From: Candidatus Moraniibacteriota bacterium
Lineage (GTDB): Bacteria > Patescibacteriota > Minisyncoccia > CAIUEV01 > JAHKAQ01
Assembly: GCA_014729795.1 (NCBI GenBank)
Contig: WJJI01000025.1
Span: 1 to 27,016, forward strand
Length of the DNA stretch: 27,016 nt
Direction of reading: 5' to 3'
Positions 17,952 through 26,841 of the stretch are shown here, one piece after another. The position numbers and the translations under genes were made by a program. Numbering within the stretch: position 1 is the first letter of the stretch; every line of letters begins with the position of its first letter. The notes below the pieces were generated by a model. The model did no database searches and was not told where the DNA came from. It saw only the letters and a program-made list of their open reading frames with translations.

Positions 17952-18732
17952 TTTTTTTGTCTATAGCTCCGACTTTATGTTGAATCAGGGTAAAAATCGT
18001 ATTAGTCACCCAATAAAGAGGCAATCCGGCCGGCAAACTCATACCGATAAAAAAGGTCATAGCCGGAAAAATGTAATTCATTATTTTCATCTGTTGACCC
18101 ATGAGATCCATCATTTCCGGCTCCTTGTCGTCTTTGGGTTTGGTTTTTTCCCGGGTTTGTTTTTGCTTACCGGTTGGACTTAAAACTTTTGTGTAAAAAA
18201 ATTGTCCCAGAGCGGCTAGAGCGGCTAGAATCAGATTGGGTTTGGTCAAGTCAACCAAACCAATAAAATAACGGTTGACTTCGTTGTCTTTTATGATATT
18301 GGCCTGAAAATTATAAAGAGCGTCTTGACTGAATTTTAAATGTTCGCCGTCTATTGTAAAAATTTGGCCTTCGCCGGGACGCAATACTCCAAAAATCGCA
18401 ATAAAGATCGGCAATTGAACTAAAAGAGGCAAGCACCCGGCCGCTGGATTAATGCCTTCTTTTTTGTATAATTCAGACTGTTTTTGAATTAAGGTCTGCT
18501 GATCGCCTTTATACTTTTTTTTCAGCTCTTCGATTTTAGGTTGAATTTTTTTCATTTCCTGTTGAGACTTCAGCTGCTTTTTGGTTAGAGGATACATGAA
18601 CAGCTTAACGATCACGGTAAAAATAATAATGGCAATGCCAAAATCGCCAACAATATCATATAAAAATATGAGCAGATTAAACAAAGGTCTGGAAAGCAAC
18701 TGGTGATAGATATTTAACAAATTACTTAACAT
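17932..18732 (-). CDS. yidC: Membrane protein insertase YidC (short, Gram-positive/Oxa1-like form)
   Basis: Conserved LYPLTKKQ...MKKIQPKIEELKKKYKGDQQ...GINPAAGCLPLLVQLPIFIAIF. The gene lies immediately downstream of rnpA. Confidence 0.85.
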   Translation of the reverse strand: MLSNLLNIYHQLLSRPLFNLLIFLYDIVGDFGIAIIIFTVIVKLFMYPLTKKQLKSQQEMKKIQPKIEELKKKYKGDQQTLIQKQSELYKKEGINPAAGCLPLLVQLPIFIAIFGVLRPGEGQIFTIDGEHLKFSQDALYNFQANIIKDNEVNRYFIGLVDLTKPNLILAALAALGQFFYTKVLSPTGKQKQTREKTKPKDDKEPEMMDLMGQQMKIMNYIFPAMTFFIGMSLPAGLPLYWVTNTIFTLIQHKVGAIDKKNEKPEQ

Positions 18733-18776
18733 ATTAATTTTATTAATTAGTAAAATATTGAATAAAAATATGGGAA

Positions 18777-19118
18777 TTATTCAATTTTTGAATTTTGCTT
18801 ATTATCAAAAGATAATTTTAATCTTTGTAAGATCTGTTGGCAATCCGGGAATCGATATTGCTCTTTATAAACCATGAGCACAAAATCAAAACCGATTTGG
18901 TTAAAAATTTCTTCCCAAGCAGCCCGAAACCTTCTTTTAATTAAATTCCTCTGAGTGGATTTTTTACATACCTTTTTGGGGATCACTACGGCTAACCTCG
19001 AATAATCCAGCCGGTTTAACAAAAAAAATAGCCTTAAATTGCCATAATTTATAACCTGGCCCCTTTTTATTGCTTTTGCTACCAGCTGGCGGTTGAGTCG
19101 GTTTTTTTTCTTTAACAT
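18777..19118 (-). CDS. rnpA: Ribonuclease P protein component
   Basis: LAVVIPKKVCKKSTQRNLIKRRFR matches the RnpA RNR motif region. Length is 113 aa. It sits between rpmH and yidC in the conserved order, and its ATG at 19118 directly abuts the rpmH stop. Confidence 0.8.
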   Translation of the reverse strand: MLKKKNRLNRQLVAKAIKRGQVINYGNLRLFFLLNRLDYSRLAVVIPKKVCKKSTQRNLIKRRFRAAWEEIFNQIGFDFVLMVYKEQYRFPDCQQILQRLKLSFDNKQNSKIE

Positions 19119-19262
19119 TTAGGCTGTGGTGATTTTTTGCCTGCCTTTGGCGCGCCTCCTTTTTAAAACCTCGCGACCCTTTTTGGTTTTTTGTCGGGCT
19201 CTAAAACCACAGGTTTTTTTCCGTTTTCTTTTTTTAGGCTGATATGTTCGTTTAGTTGACAT
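19119..19262 (-). CDS. rpmH: 50S ribosomal protein L34
   Basis: This ORF is absent from the ORF track (47 aa, below the cutoff). The hand translation of the minus strand is [47 protein letters not shown], a near-consensus L34. Stop TAA at 19119-19121. Confidence 0.85.
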   Translation of the reverse strand: MSTKRTYQPKKRKRKKTCGFRARQKTKKGREVLKRRRAKGRQKITTA

Positions 19263-19473
19263 AACTTGATTTAATCTTAAGGGGCTTACTCAATCAAAAA
19301 ATATTCTTATGATATTTCTTAAACGGGTAAGATCTATTCTTTTTAAAATGGGTTAGACTGTAATTAGATTTGTTCAACAAATTTTTGACTTACAACTTAA
19401 AAGATTAGAGCTTGCTTGGGTAATTGTCAATAAGAAGTCGGCTTTTGCCTTAATTCATGGTTTATAAATTAAT

Positions 19474-20481
19474 CTAAAGATTCAAACCTTTGTGGCCAAG
19501 CCACTCAATTCCTAGATGATCATAGGCTTTTTTAGTGGCCATCCTGCCTCTAGGGGTTCTTTGCAAAAAGCCTATATTGAGCAAGTAGGGTTCATAGATC
19601 TCTTCGATAGTGTCGCGTTCTTCACTAGTAGCGGCAGCAAGCGTGCCGATACCAACCGGACCGCCATCAAATTTTTCAATTAAAACACGCATAAAACCTC
19701 GATCAGCCGGTTCTAACCCCAGTTCGTCCACTTCAAGCATGGCTAAGGCTTTTTTGGTGATTTCTTTACTGATAATGCCATCCCCTTTTACCTGAGCAAT
19801 GTCGCGCACTCTTTTTAAAAGTCGGTTAGCCACTCTGGGATTTTTCCGGCTGCATTTGGCTAAAAGTTCTTGACCTTGTTTTTGAGTTTGGGTGTTTAAA
19901 ATTTGACTGGATCTAGAGATGATTTGTTCGATTTCCGGCTCTTGATAAAAATCCAATTTATAAGTCATGCCAAAACGGCTGCGAAGCGGCGCGGAAACTA
20001 GGCCGATCCTGGTGGTGGCTCCAATTAAGGTAAATCTTGCGATATCAAGCTGCAGGGTTCTAGCTGATGGTCCTTTACCGATAATAATATCTAACTTGTA
20101 ATCCTCCATGGCTGGATAAAGGGTTTCTTCAACTAATTTGTTCAAGCGATGGATTTCATCCACAAACAAGACATCGCCGGGCTCTAGGTTGGTTAAAATT
20201 GAAGCCAGGTCGCCCACCTTTTCAATTGCCGGACCAGATGTCGCTTTAATGTTGGATTCCATTTCATTGGCTATGATATGGGCTAACGTTGTTTTACCCA
20301 AGCCCGGAGAACCATACAACAACACATGCTCTAAGGGTTCTTTGCGATTTTTACTGGCTTGAATAAAAATCTTTAAATTTTCCTTGGTTCTTTCTTGACC
20401 AATATATTCATTGATTTTTTTTGGCCTTAAACTGTTTTGAAATTGATCTTCTTCCTGATTTTGGATTTCACTTTCAAGCAT
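19474..20481 (-). CDS. ruvB: Holliday junction branch migration helicase RuvB
   Basis: AAA+ Walker [22 protein letters not shown], Walker [10 protein letters not shown] and sensor/arginine regions are present. The C-terminal winged helix and the 335-aa length also fit. Confidence 0.9.
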   Translation of the reverse strand: MLESEIQNQEEDQFQNSLRPKKINEYIGQERTKENLKIFIQASKNRKEPLEHVLLYGSPGLGKTTLAHIIANEMESNIKATSGPAIEKVGDLASILTNLEPGDVLFVDEIHRLNKLVEETLYPAMEDYKLDIIIGKGPSARTLQLDIARFTLIGATTRIGLVSAPLRSRFGMTYKLDFYQEPEIEQIISRSSQILNTQTQKQGQELLAKCSRKNPRVANRLLKRVRDIAQVKGDGIISKEITKKALAMLEVDELGLEPADRGFMRVLIEKFDGGPVGIGTLAAATSEERDTIEEIYEPYLLNIGFLQRTPRGRMATKKAYDHLGIEWLGHKGLNL

Positions 20482-20796
20482 TTTTGGGTATTAATGAATT
20501 TGGACCTTGACATACGTTTTTAATTCTGCTAAGTTAACATGTTTTGCAAGTAAAGTAAACGACTTGCCAACACGCTATTTGAAAACCGAGAAAGTAACCA
20601 AAACTGCAAATCTAATTCTGTGGACATAAAGGGATCAGCAATAATGATCCGGAAGATTAATCTACGCTAAGGATGCTTTGGCTTTCGGGCGAGGGCATTT
20701 CTCTGATTATTCTTTTTATTTACGCTTTAGTGTAAATCTAAGATGTCTACAGAATTTAGGTTTGCAGAATAAAAGCGCTTTAACCGGCGTTTTTTT

Positions 20797-23700
20797 TTAT
20801 TTTTCAGTTACTCTTTGAACTTCCGCTAGACTGGTTCGTCCCTCAATTACAGCCAGGATGCCATCCTGAGCCATGGAAATCATCCCTTGTTCCATGGCTT
20901 TTTTGGCAATGGCGCCGGTGGTTGAAAACCGGGAAATTAACTCTTCCAGAGACTCGCTCATGGTCATAATTTCCGCAATGGGGAATACGCCTTTAAAACC
21001 GGTGCCTTTGCATTTTTCACACTTTCCCGGCTCATAGATATTTTGAATACGCTTTGGAATGTTTAAACCAGCCTTGGAAGAAATATTTGCCAAAGTTTTC
21101 TTTATCATCTCTTGATCTTGCCGGTTGGGTACTACCGGTTTTTTACAATGATCACAGAGTTTTCTTACTAATCTTTGGGCCATCATCGCGTTGGTGGCCG
21201 AAGCAATGTCTGAAGGATCAACGTTCATGTTGATAAGGCGTTGTACTGAGGCCACGGCATCGTTGGTATGTAAAGTAGATAAAACTAAATGGCCGGTTAA
21301 AGAAGCCTGAATCGCTATTTTGGCTGTTTCCTCGTCTCGAATTTCCCCAATCATTAAAATGTCTGGATTTTGCCTCATTAAAGCTCTTAAAGCATTGGAA
21401 AAATTGTAGCCTTTTTCCACGTTAACCTGGGTTTGTAAAATGCCTTTTAAGCGATATTCAATTGGATCTTCCACGGTGATTATTTTTACTTGAGGGTGGT
21501 TTAATTTGTTTAAGAGCGAATACAGAGTAGTGGTTTTGCCGCTACCGGTTGGGCCGGTATTTAAAATAATACCATTTGGTTTTTCAATCTCGGTTAAAAG
21601 CTTATCAAGGATTTGTTTTCTTAAACCCAGTTTTTCTACGGCCAGCGAACGAGCGGATTTATGTAATAATCTCATTACCACGGTTTCCCCATAACCGCTG
21701 GTTATAATGGAAACTCTGACATCCATTTCTTTGTTGTCCAAATCGCCAAACAATTCTTCTATTTTTAAACCAAATCGGCTATCGCGGACAGCTTCGTGGG
21801 AGCTGGCTTTAAAACCTGATAGATTTTTGATTCTGCCCAATATTTGGATATAAACGCTGTTTTTTATTTCTCCAATGTCTTGTAATATTTCATCGATACG
21901 GTAACGAATCTTCACCACTTCGCCTTCGGGCTCTAAATGAATGTCACCGGCATCAAAATTCAAAGCTCCGGCCATGATATATTCTAACGACTCTTGATTG
22001 GAGGAGGTGTTGATAAGTTTTTCTAATTTTTCTCGATCATAGCCAATTTCAACCACATCTTTAATATGTTTATTCTTGATGTTAAGCTGTAAAGATAACA
22101 GTTGGGTCATAATCTTTTCATAAACTTGTTCCAAAAACTCACCGGATCCGGTTACTCTTTGCACTTCCTCCATGCTGGTTTCCCCTTCAGCGGCTTTAAG
22201 AATACCATCTTGAAGCATGGTAATCATGCCTTCTTCCATGGCCGAGGCCATTAAATCAGAAGCGCTAGCCATTTTATTAATAAGCTTCTCTGCTTCTTTG
22301 TCGATTTCAAAAATTTCAAAGATACCGATTCGGCCTTTGTAGCCAATATTGTGACATTTGGGACAACCTACCGACCGATAAAGAGTTTTAATATTTTTGG
22401 GGATTTCGATTTTAGCTTTAGGGGAAATAATGGCCAAAAAACGACTAATGGTCTCGAGGGTTTCCGGCGCGGGGATGTATTCCTCTTTACAATGAGGACA
22501 AAGACGGCGAACTAATCGTTGGGCAATCACCGAGTTGATGGAAGAGCTAATTAAAGAAGGTCGGACCCCCAAATCAACCAATCTGGGGATCGCGCCGGTG
22601 GATGAGTTAGCGTGAACCGTGGAAAAAACAAGATGACCAGTAAGGGCCGAGTGGGTCGCGATATCAGCGGTTTCTTCATCTCGAATCTCCCCGACCAAAA
22701 TAACATCAGGATCTTGTCGCACTATGGCTCTTAGACCATTAGCAAAATCATAGCCTCTTTCTTTGTGAACTTGGGTTTGGGCAACCCCCTCTAATCGGTA
22801 TTCGATTGGGTCTTCAATGGTGATAATTTTGGTGGCAGCGGTGTTGACCCTTTTTAAACAAGCATACAAAGTGGTGGTTTTACCGCTACCGGTTGGACCG
22901 GTATTCAGAATCATGCCATTAGGTTTACTAACTTGTTTGATTAGCTGCTCAAAAGCCCGCCCTCGTAGGCCTAATTCTTCTAATTCAATTTTGCCCATAT
23001 CTTGATTGAGTAATCTGGCTACAATGTTTTCGCCAAAATTACCAGGTATGGCTGAGACTCTAACATCGACCTCTCTGGCCGGATTATTCAGCTTGATTTC
23101 AAAGCGACCATCTTGAGCCTTGTCGCGAATATTCAATTTCATGCCGGACATCATTTTTATCCTTGAAAGAACGTAAGAATAGACATTTAAAGGAATTTTA
23201 CTTACATTTTGCAACACGCCATCCAATCGGTAACGCAACCGAACGGTTTCTTGGCCAGGCTCAAAATGAATATCCGAAGCGCCTAATTTTAAAGCTCCGG
23301 CGATAATAATTTTTAACACTTGAGTTACTGGAATATGTTGAATTTTTTTCTGTAAATCTACTAATTCTTTAACTTGCTTTTCAAATTCCTCCAGATCTTT
23401 GCCGGTGAGGCTGACTTTCATTTCTTCCAGATTGGCGCTAAGATCATAAAGTTTGTATTTATCCAACGTTCTTTCAAGACCGGTTTTGGAAACCAAGTAT
23501 AATTGACAACGATATCCCTGATTCTGGAGTTCCACGATTGATTGGACTGTGTTTAAATTTTCCGGTTCTGAAATAGCTACTTTTAAATTCCGGCCGGCTT
23601 TATGAATCACAGCTAACTTACCCTTGCGAGCAAAATCCTCTTCAATAGTACTAAGAGTTTCAATATTGACCGGATAAATATTTAAATCTAGGTAAGGCAG

Positions 23701-23829
23701 ACCTAAGTGTTGAGCCAAAATTGAAGTTTTTTCCTCTTCGGAATCCGCTTTTATTTTTTTAAGCGTATCCTGAATTAAGGTTTGATCAAAAAATTTTTCT
23801 TGGCCGGAAATTTTTTTTACAACCGCCAT
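20797..23829 (-). CDS. pilB: Tandem-fused double type II/IV secretion ATPase (PilB/GspE-PilB/GspE fusion)
   Basis: Two complete ATPase cores lie in one 1010-aa ORF. Unit 1 has a GspE N-terminal domain, an N2 domain, Walker A GPTGSGKTTTLYA, Asp-box ITIEDPIEYRL, Walker B VILVGEIRDEETA, His-box GHLVFSTVHANS and the tetracysteine CPHC...CPKC. Unit 2 has an N2 domain, GPTGSGKTTTLYS, ITVEDPIEYRL, ILMIGEIRDEETA, GHLVLSTLHTND and CDHC...CEKC. The internal duplication also shows as mirrored antisense ORFs at 21506-21694 and 22817-23005. Confidence 0.85.
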   Translation of the reverse strand: MAVVKKISGQEKFFDQTLIQDTLKKIKADSEEEKTSILAQHLGLPYLDLNIYPVNIETLSTIEEDFARKGKLAVIHKAGRNLKVAISEPENLNTVQSIVELQNQGYRCQLYLVSKTGLERTLDKYKLYDLSANLEEMKVSLTGKDLEEFEKQVKELVDLQKKIQHIPVTQVLKIIIAGALKLGASDIHFEPGQETVRLRYRLDGVLQNVSKIPLNVYSYVLSRIKMMSGMKLNIRDKAQDGRFEIKLNNPAREVDVRVSAIPGNFGENIVARLLNQDMGKIELEELGLRGRAFEQLIKQVSKPNGMILNTGPTGSGKTTTLYACLKRVNTAATKIITIEDPIEYRLEGVAQTQVHKERGYDFANGLRAIVRQDPDVILVGEIRDEETADIATHSALTGHLVFSTVHANSSTGAIPRLVDLGVRPSLISSSINSVIAQRLVRRLCPHCKEEYIPAPETLETISRFLAIISPKAKIEIPKNIKTLYRSVGCPKCHNIGYKGRIGIFEIFEIDKEAEKLINKMASASDLMASAMEEGMITMLQDGILKAAEGETSMEEVQRVTGSGEFLEQVYEKIMTQLLSLQLNIKNKHIKDVVEIGYDREKLEKLINTSSNQESLEYIMAGALNFDAGDIHLEPEGEVVKIRYRIDEILQDIGEIKNSVYIQILGRIKNLSGFKASSHEAVRDSRFGLKIEELFGDLDNKEMDVRVSIITSGYGETVVMRLLHKSARSLAVEKLGLRKQILDKLLTEIEKPNGIILNTGPTGSGKTTTLYSLLNKLNHPQVKIITVEDPIEYRLKGILQTQVNVEKGYNFSNALRALMRQNPDILMIGEIRDEETAKIAIQASLTGHLVLSTLHTNDAVASVQRLINMNVDPSDIASATNAMMAQRLVRKLCDHCKKPVVPNRQDQEMIKKTLANISSKAGLNIPKRIQNIYEPGKCEKCKGTGFKGVFPIAEIMTMSESLEELISRFSTTGAIAKKAMEQGMISMAQDGILAVIEGRTSLAEVQRVTEK

Positions 23830-23962
23830 AGAAGTTTGGTTTTATTTGTTTAGAACTTATCTGAGTGGTAAGGTTGTTTGTTTTTTACTTGTTTATTAAG
23901 TAAAATTAGCTTATGGTTGCTTATTTTTCTTAGAAATTATAAAACCTTGCGATAAAATACTT

Positions 23963-24661
23963 ATGCTTACCACTTTTCATCTTAAAATTATAGCAGTTTT
24001 CTTCATGGTCGTCGATCATGTTGGCTATGTTTTTTTTCCCGAACACTTGGAGTTTAGGTTGCTTGGCCGGCTAAGTTTTCCTTTGTTTGCCTTTTTGATT
24101 GCTCAGGGCTACAACTATACTAAAAACAAAAAAAGTTATTTTTTCCGATTACTGCTTTTTGCGCTTGCCTGTCATTTCCCCTATGCCCTTTTTATTCAAA
24201 ATTACCTGGGCTTAAATATATTTTTTACCTTACTTGCCGGTTTTGTTATTATCCATGCTTTTAATAAAATTAGAAACCGATTTGTGTTTTTTACTATTCT
24301 GGCATTGACCGGGGTTTTGGCTCAATATTTTAATTTTGATTATGGATTTTATGGAGTGCTTATGATTTTTTTATTCTATCTATCCCGAGGCTCTTTTAAA
24401 AAAACACTGATAACTCAAATTATCTTACACGCTATATATTTTGCTCTGAGTGTTTTAATTTTTCATGAAATGGTTCCAACAAATGAGATTGTTAGATATC
24501 CTTCTATTATTGACTTTATCCAACCTTTCAGTTTGCTTGCTCTTGTTTTCATATACTTATATAATTATCAGCTCGGCCCAAAAATTAAATACTTTTTTTA
24601 TTGGTTTTACCCTGGACATTTAATATTTTTATATCTGCTTAAGTTGTTGATACAAGCATGA
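23963..24661 (+). CDS. TraX-family integral membrane protein (family of the F-pilin N-acetylase TraX)
   Basis: The N-terminus LKIIAVFFMVVDHVGYVFFPE...LGRLSFPLFAFLIAQGY matches the TraX-family signature LKxIAxxxMxxDHIG...GRxxFPxFxFLxxxG. The protein has ~6-7 TM segments and is 232 aa. Confidence 0.7.
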   Translation: MLTTFHLKIIAVFFMVVDHVGYVFFPEHLEFRLLGRLSFPLFAFLIAQGYNYTKNKKSYFFRLLLFALACHFPYALFIQNYLGLNIFFTLLAGFVIIHAFNKIRNRFVFFTILALTGVLAQYFNFDYGFYGVLMIFLFYLSRGSFKKTLITQIILHAIYFALSVLIFHEMVPTNEIVRYPSIIDFIQPFSLLALVFIYLYNYQLGPKIKYFFYWFYPGHLIFLYLLKLLIQA

Positions 24662-24785
24662 TTTGGAAGTTCAGGCTTAAAGGAAATAAGTTTAATCAAT
24701 CAAATTCTATAAATTTAGTTTTTTGCTATGTTGTTTTTGTTACACAATAGATCTTAGAAACTTTAAACAATAAGCTTACAAAAAA

Positions 24786-26459
24786 ATGCAAGCGGTTAAA
24801 AATTTTATATTAAAAATTGGTAAACCGGTTTTTTTTCTTTTCCAGCTTATGTGTTATTTACTGATTTATTTTTTGCTTTTGTATAACTCGTTTAACTACT
24901 TGGATCCAGACTTTGGTTGGCATTTGAAAATTGGGCAGGATATCTACCAAAATCAACAAGTGCCCCGAATAGAAATATACAATTTTCCAATCCTGGGCCA
25001 GACCTGGGTTGACCATGAATGGTTAGCCAATTTATTAATTTATATAATTTATGAAAATTTTGGTTATATTGCCGTAAGTCTTGGTTTTGCCTTGTTGATC
25101 ATGATTGTTTTGCTGTTGCAAAATTTTTTGGTTAAAAAATATATTTGCTCAAAAAAAACAACAATTTTTTTATTATTGTTGCTTCAGCTTTTTGGCGTAT
25201 ATGCTAGTCGGGGTTTGTTTGGAATTAGGGTGCAAGAGGTGGCCTTATTGTTTATACTACTCTTGATTTGGATTTATTTTGAAGTTGAGCGGCAAGGTCA
25301 AATAAGATATTTGCTTTTCTTGCCTTTGCTTTTTTATTGTTGGAGTCAACTACACGGAAGTTTTATGATTGGTCTTGTTTTATTATGGATTTGGTTTTTT
25401 TCGCGTAATTTGCTGGTTATGTGGGCAAAAAAGCGTAGGAATCGGATTGCTTACATGATTAATTTGACGTTTTTTACGCCAATAAGTACCTCTAAAAAAC
25501 AAAACCGGTTTTTTTTAATAATGATTATAGCCAGTAATATAATTGTACTTTTTGGACCATATGGAATAGAGTTGATAAATTTTCTTACCAATTACTCAAA
25601 TACTTTCTACATGAACCATATAATGGAGTGGTTATCGCCTTTTAGTTTATTAACAGATATTTACTCGATATTATATCTTTTGTTGGGTTTGAGTTTTTAT
25701 TATTTTTACTTCATGTTTTTTTACGTTAACAAAAAACCGGTTCAAAAAGTAGATGGTTTTATGTTTATGGCTGGTTTGGTTCTGTTTATTTTGGCTTATC
25801 GATCAACAAGACACTTGCCCATATTCTTCTTATTCTCAAGCTTCTTGTTTATAGAATTTTTTTCCAAATTTAAACTGAAATTTATTGAAAAGCTTTTGAT
25901 TTTTAATTATAAAAGCCAGGTGGCCTTAAATCTATTTGGTTTACTGATCAGTGTTGTTTTTTTTATCATCATAGAGTCCTTATTCACCCTTACTTATTTT
26001 AATAAAAACCCCTTTCAAAGCTATTGCGAAAATTATCCATGTTATGCTTTAAAGTACCTTAGGGAGAAAAAAATAACACATTTAAAAACTTTAAATGTAT
26101 ATATGTGGGGTGGTTATATGCTTCACGAACAACCGAATACGCCAATTTTTATTGATGGACGCTTACCCATAAAAAAATTTAAAGATAAATCTTTTTTGGA
26201 AGAGTATTACCGGGCCTTTTCTCCAGATAGTTTCAATCAAGCAGCCTATGAATATGGCTTTGATTTGATTTTAATTAAATCTTGGTCCGATAAAAAAAAT
26301 CAATCAAATATGATTTTAGAAATTTTAAAAAAAATATTAAGAAAAATTTATGACGCGGAGAGAGAGAAACAAGAACTTAAAAAAACAATAACGGAAAATA
26401 GAAACTATGGTTTAATATACACTGATGATGTAAGTATTGTTTTTATAAGACAAAACTAA
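24786..26459 (+). CDS. Large polytopic membrane protein; putative GT-C-type glycosyltransferase or O-oligosaccharyltransferase/Wzy_C-like (very tentative)
   Basis: It has roughly 10-12 TM segments. An acidic first-loop motif YLDPDFGWHLKIGQDI...WVDHEWLANL resembles the DxD/DE loop-1 motifs of GT-C enzymes. A ~150-aa soluble C-terminal domain is present. There are no soluble-enzyme motifs. Confidence 0.4.
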   Translation: MQAVKNFILKIGKPVFFLFQLMCYLLIYFLLLYNSFNYLDPDFGWHLKIGQDIYQNQQVPRIEIYNFPILGQTWVDHEWLANLLIYIIYENFGYIAVSLGFALLIMIVLLLQNFLVKKYICSKKTTIFLLLLLQLFGVYASRGLFGIRVQEVALLFILLLIWIYFEVERQGQIRYLLFLPLLFYCWSQLHGSFMIGLVLLWIWFFSRNLLVMWAKKRRNRIAYMINLTFFTPISTSKKQNRFFLIMIIASNIIVLFGPYGIELINFLTNYSNTFYMNHIMEWLSPFSLLTDIYSILYLLLGLSFYYFYFMFFYVNKKPVQKVDGFMFMAGLVLFILAYRSTRHLPIFFLFSSFLFIEFFSKFKLKFIEKLLIFNYKSQVALNLFGLLISVVFFIIIESLFTLTYFNKNPFQSYCENYPCYALKYLREKKITHLKTLNVYMWGGYMLHEQPNTPIFIDGRLPIKKFKDKSFLEEYYRAFSPDSFNQAAYEYGFDLILIKSWSDKKNQSNMILEILKKILRKIYDAEREKQELKKTITENRNYGLIYTDDVSIVFIRQN

Positions 26460-26734
26460 AAGAGACTGTTTATTGTTGTAACCACAAAATAACCGCCCAT
26501 GCCTACAATTACTCCAATGATGGAGTAATACATTGCTCTTTTTGCTCTTTCAATTCTTTCCTGATTGCCTGCTGAAGTTAAGTACAAAATTCCGGATAAA
26601 GTAAAAGCTATAATGGCAAATGATCCAAACACTAAGAGCAGTAAGCTTAAAACAGAAAAAACAAAATCCACAATCAAATTACCTTCTTGATTATGACCAG
26701 GAAGATCTATATTGGGATATTCAAGATTATTCAC
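26456..26734 (-). CDS. Small two-TM membrane protein, VirB2/TrbC/TraA-pilin-like architecture (copy 1)
   Basis: The 92-aa product has hydrophobic segment 1 FVFSVLSLLLLVFGSFAIIAFTLSGILYL, a charged loop TSAGNQERIERAKRAM, and hydrophobic segment 2 YYSIIGVIVGMGGYFVV close to the C-terminus. Its stop overlaps the convergent upstream gene by 4 nt. A paralog lies immediately downstream. Confidence 0.5.
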   Translation of the reverse strand: MNNLEYPNIDLPGHNQEGNLIVDFVFSVLSLLLLVFGSFAIIAFTLSGILYLTSAGNQERIERAKRAMYYSIIGVIVGMGGYFVVTTINSLF

Positions 26735-26841
26735 GATTGTTTGATTATTAAAATAATAATTTAATTAAAATAAAAGTCGTTCTTTAAACTTTGACTCCGG
26801 GTTGAACAAGCGATTCCGGGTTTTCTGAAGACTTATCGGGG

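Noticed and set aside
19263-19473. Possible oriC or DnaA-box cluster next to rpmH
   Set aside because: No cluster of TTATCCACA/TGTGGATAA boxes was found. Only isolated 7/9 matches occur elsewhere, e.g. TGTGGACAT near 20622 and TTATCCACC near 26889 inside a CDS. There is insufficient evidence for an origin.
20482-20796. Candidate tRNA, tmRNA, RNase P RNA or SRP RNA in the larger intergenic gaps 14941-15323, 19263-19473 and 20482-20796, including a CCGGAAG motif reminiscent of SRP RNA domain IV at ~20645
   Set aside because: There is no GTTCGAnTCC T-loop and no RNase P P4 or SRP GGAAGCAGC consensus. The SRP-like heptamer lacks its flanking conserved bases. No structured-RNA family could be assigned by eye.
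21506-23005. Two similar small plus-strand ORFs (21506-21694 and 22817-23005) sharing VVVLPLPVGPV, which could look like a repeated small-protein family
   Set aside because: They are the antisense translation of the two Walker A regions (GPTGSGKTT) of the duplicated PilB cores. They are a signature of the internal duplication, not genes.
26696-26734. Apparent 1-nt discrepancy when hand-translating the first codons (IDLP) of the small membrane protein from the printed sequence
   Set aside because: This is most likely my own transcription error in reading the line break at 26700/26701. The supplied ORF coordinates are in frame with the verified C-terminal codons, so the track is trusted and no frameshift or pseudogene is called.
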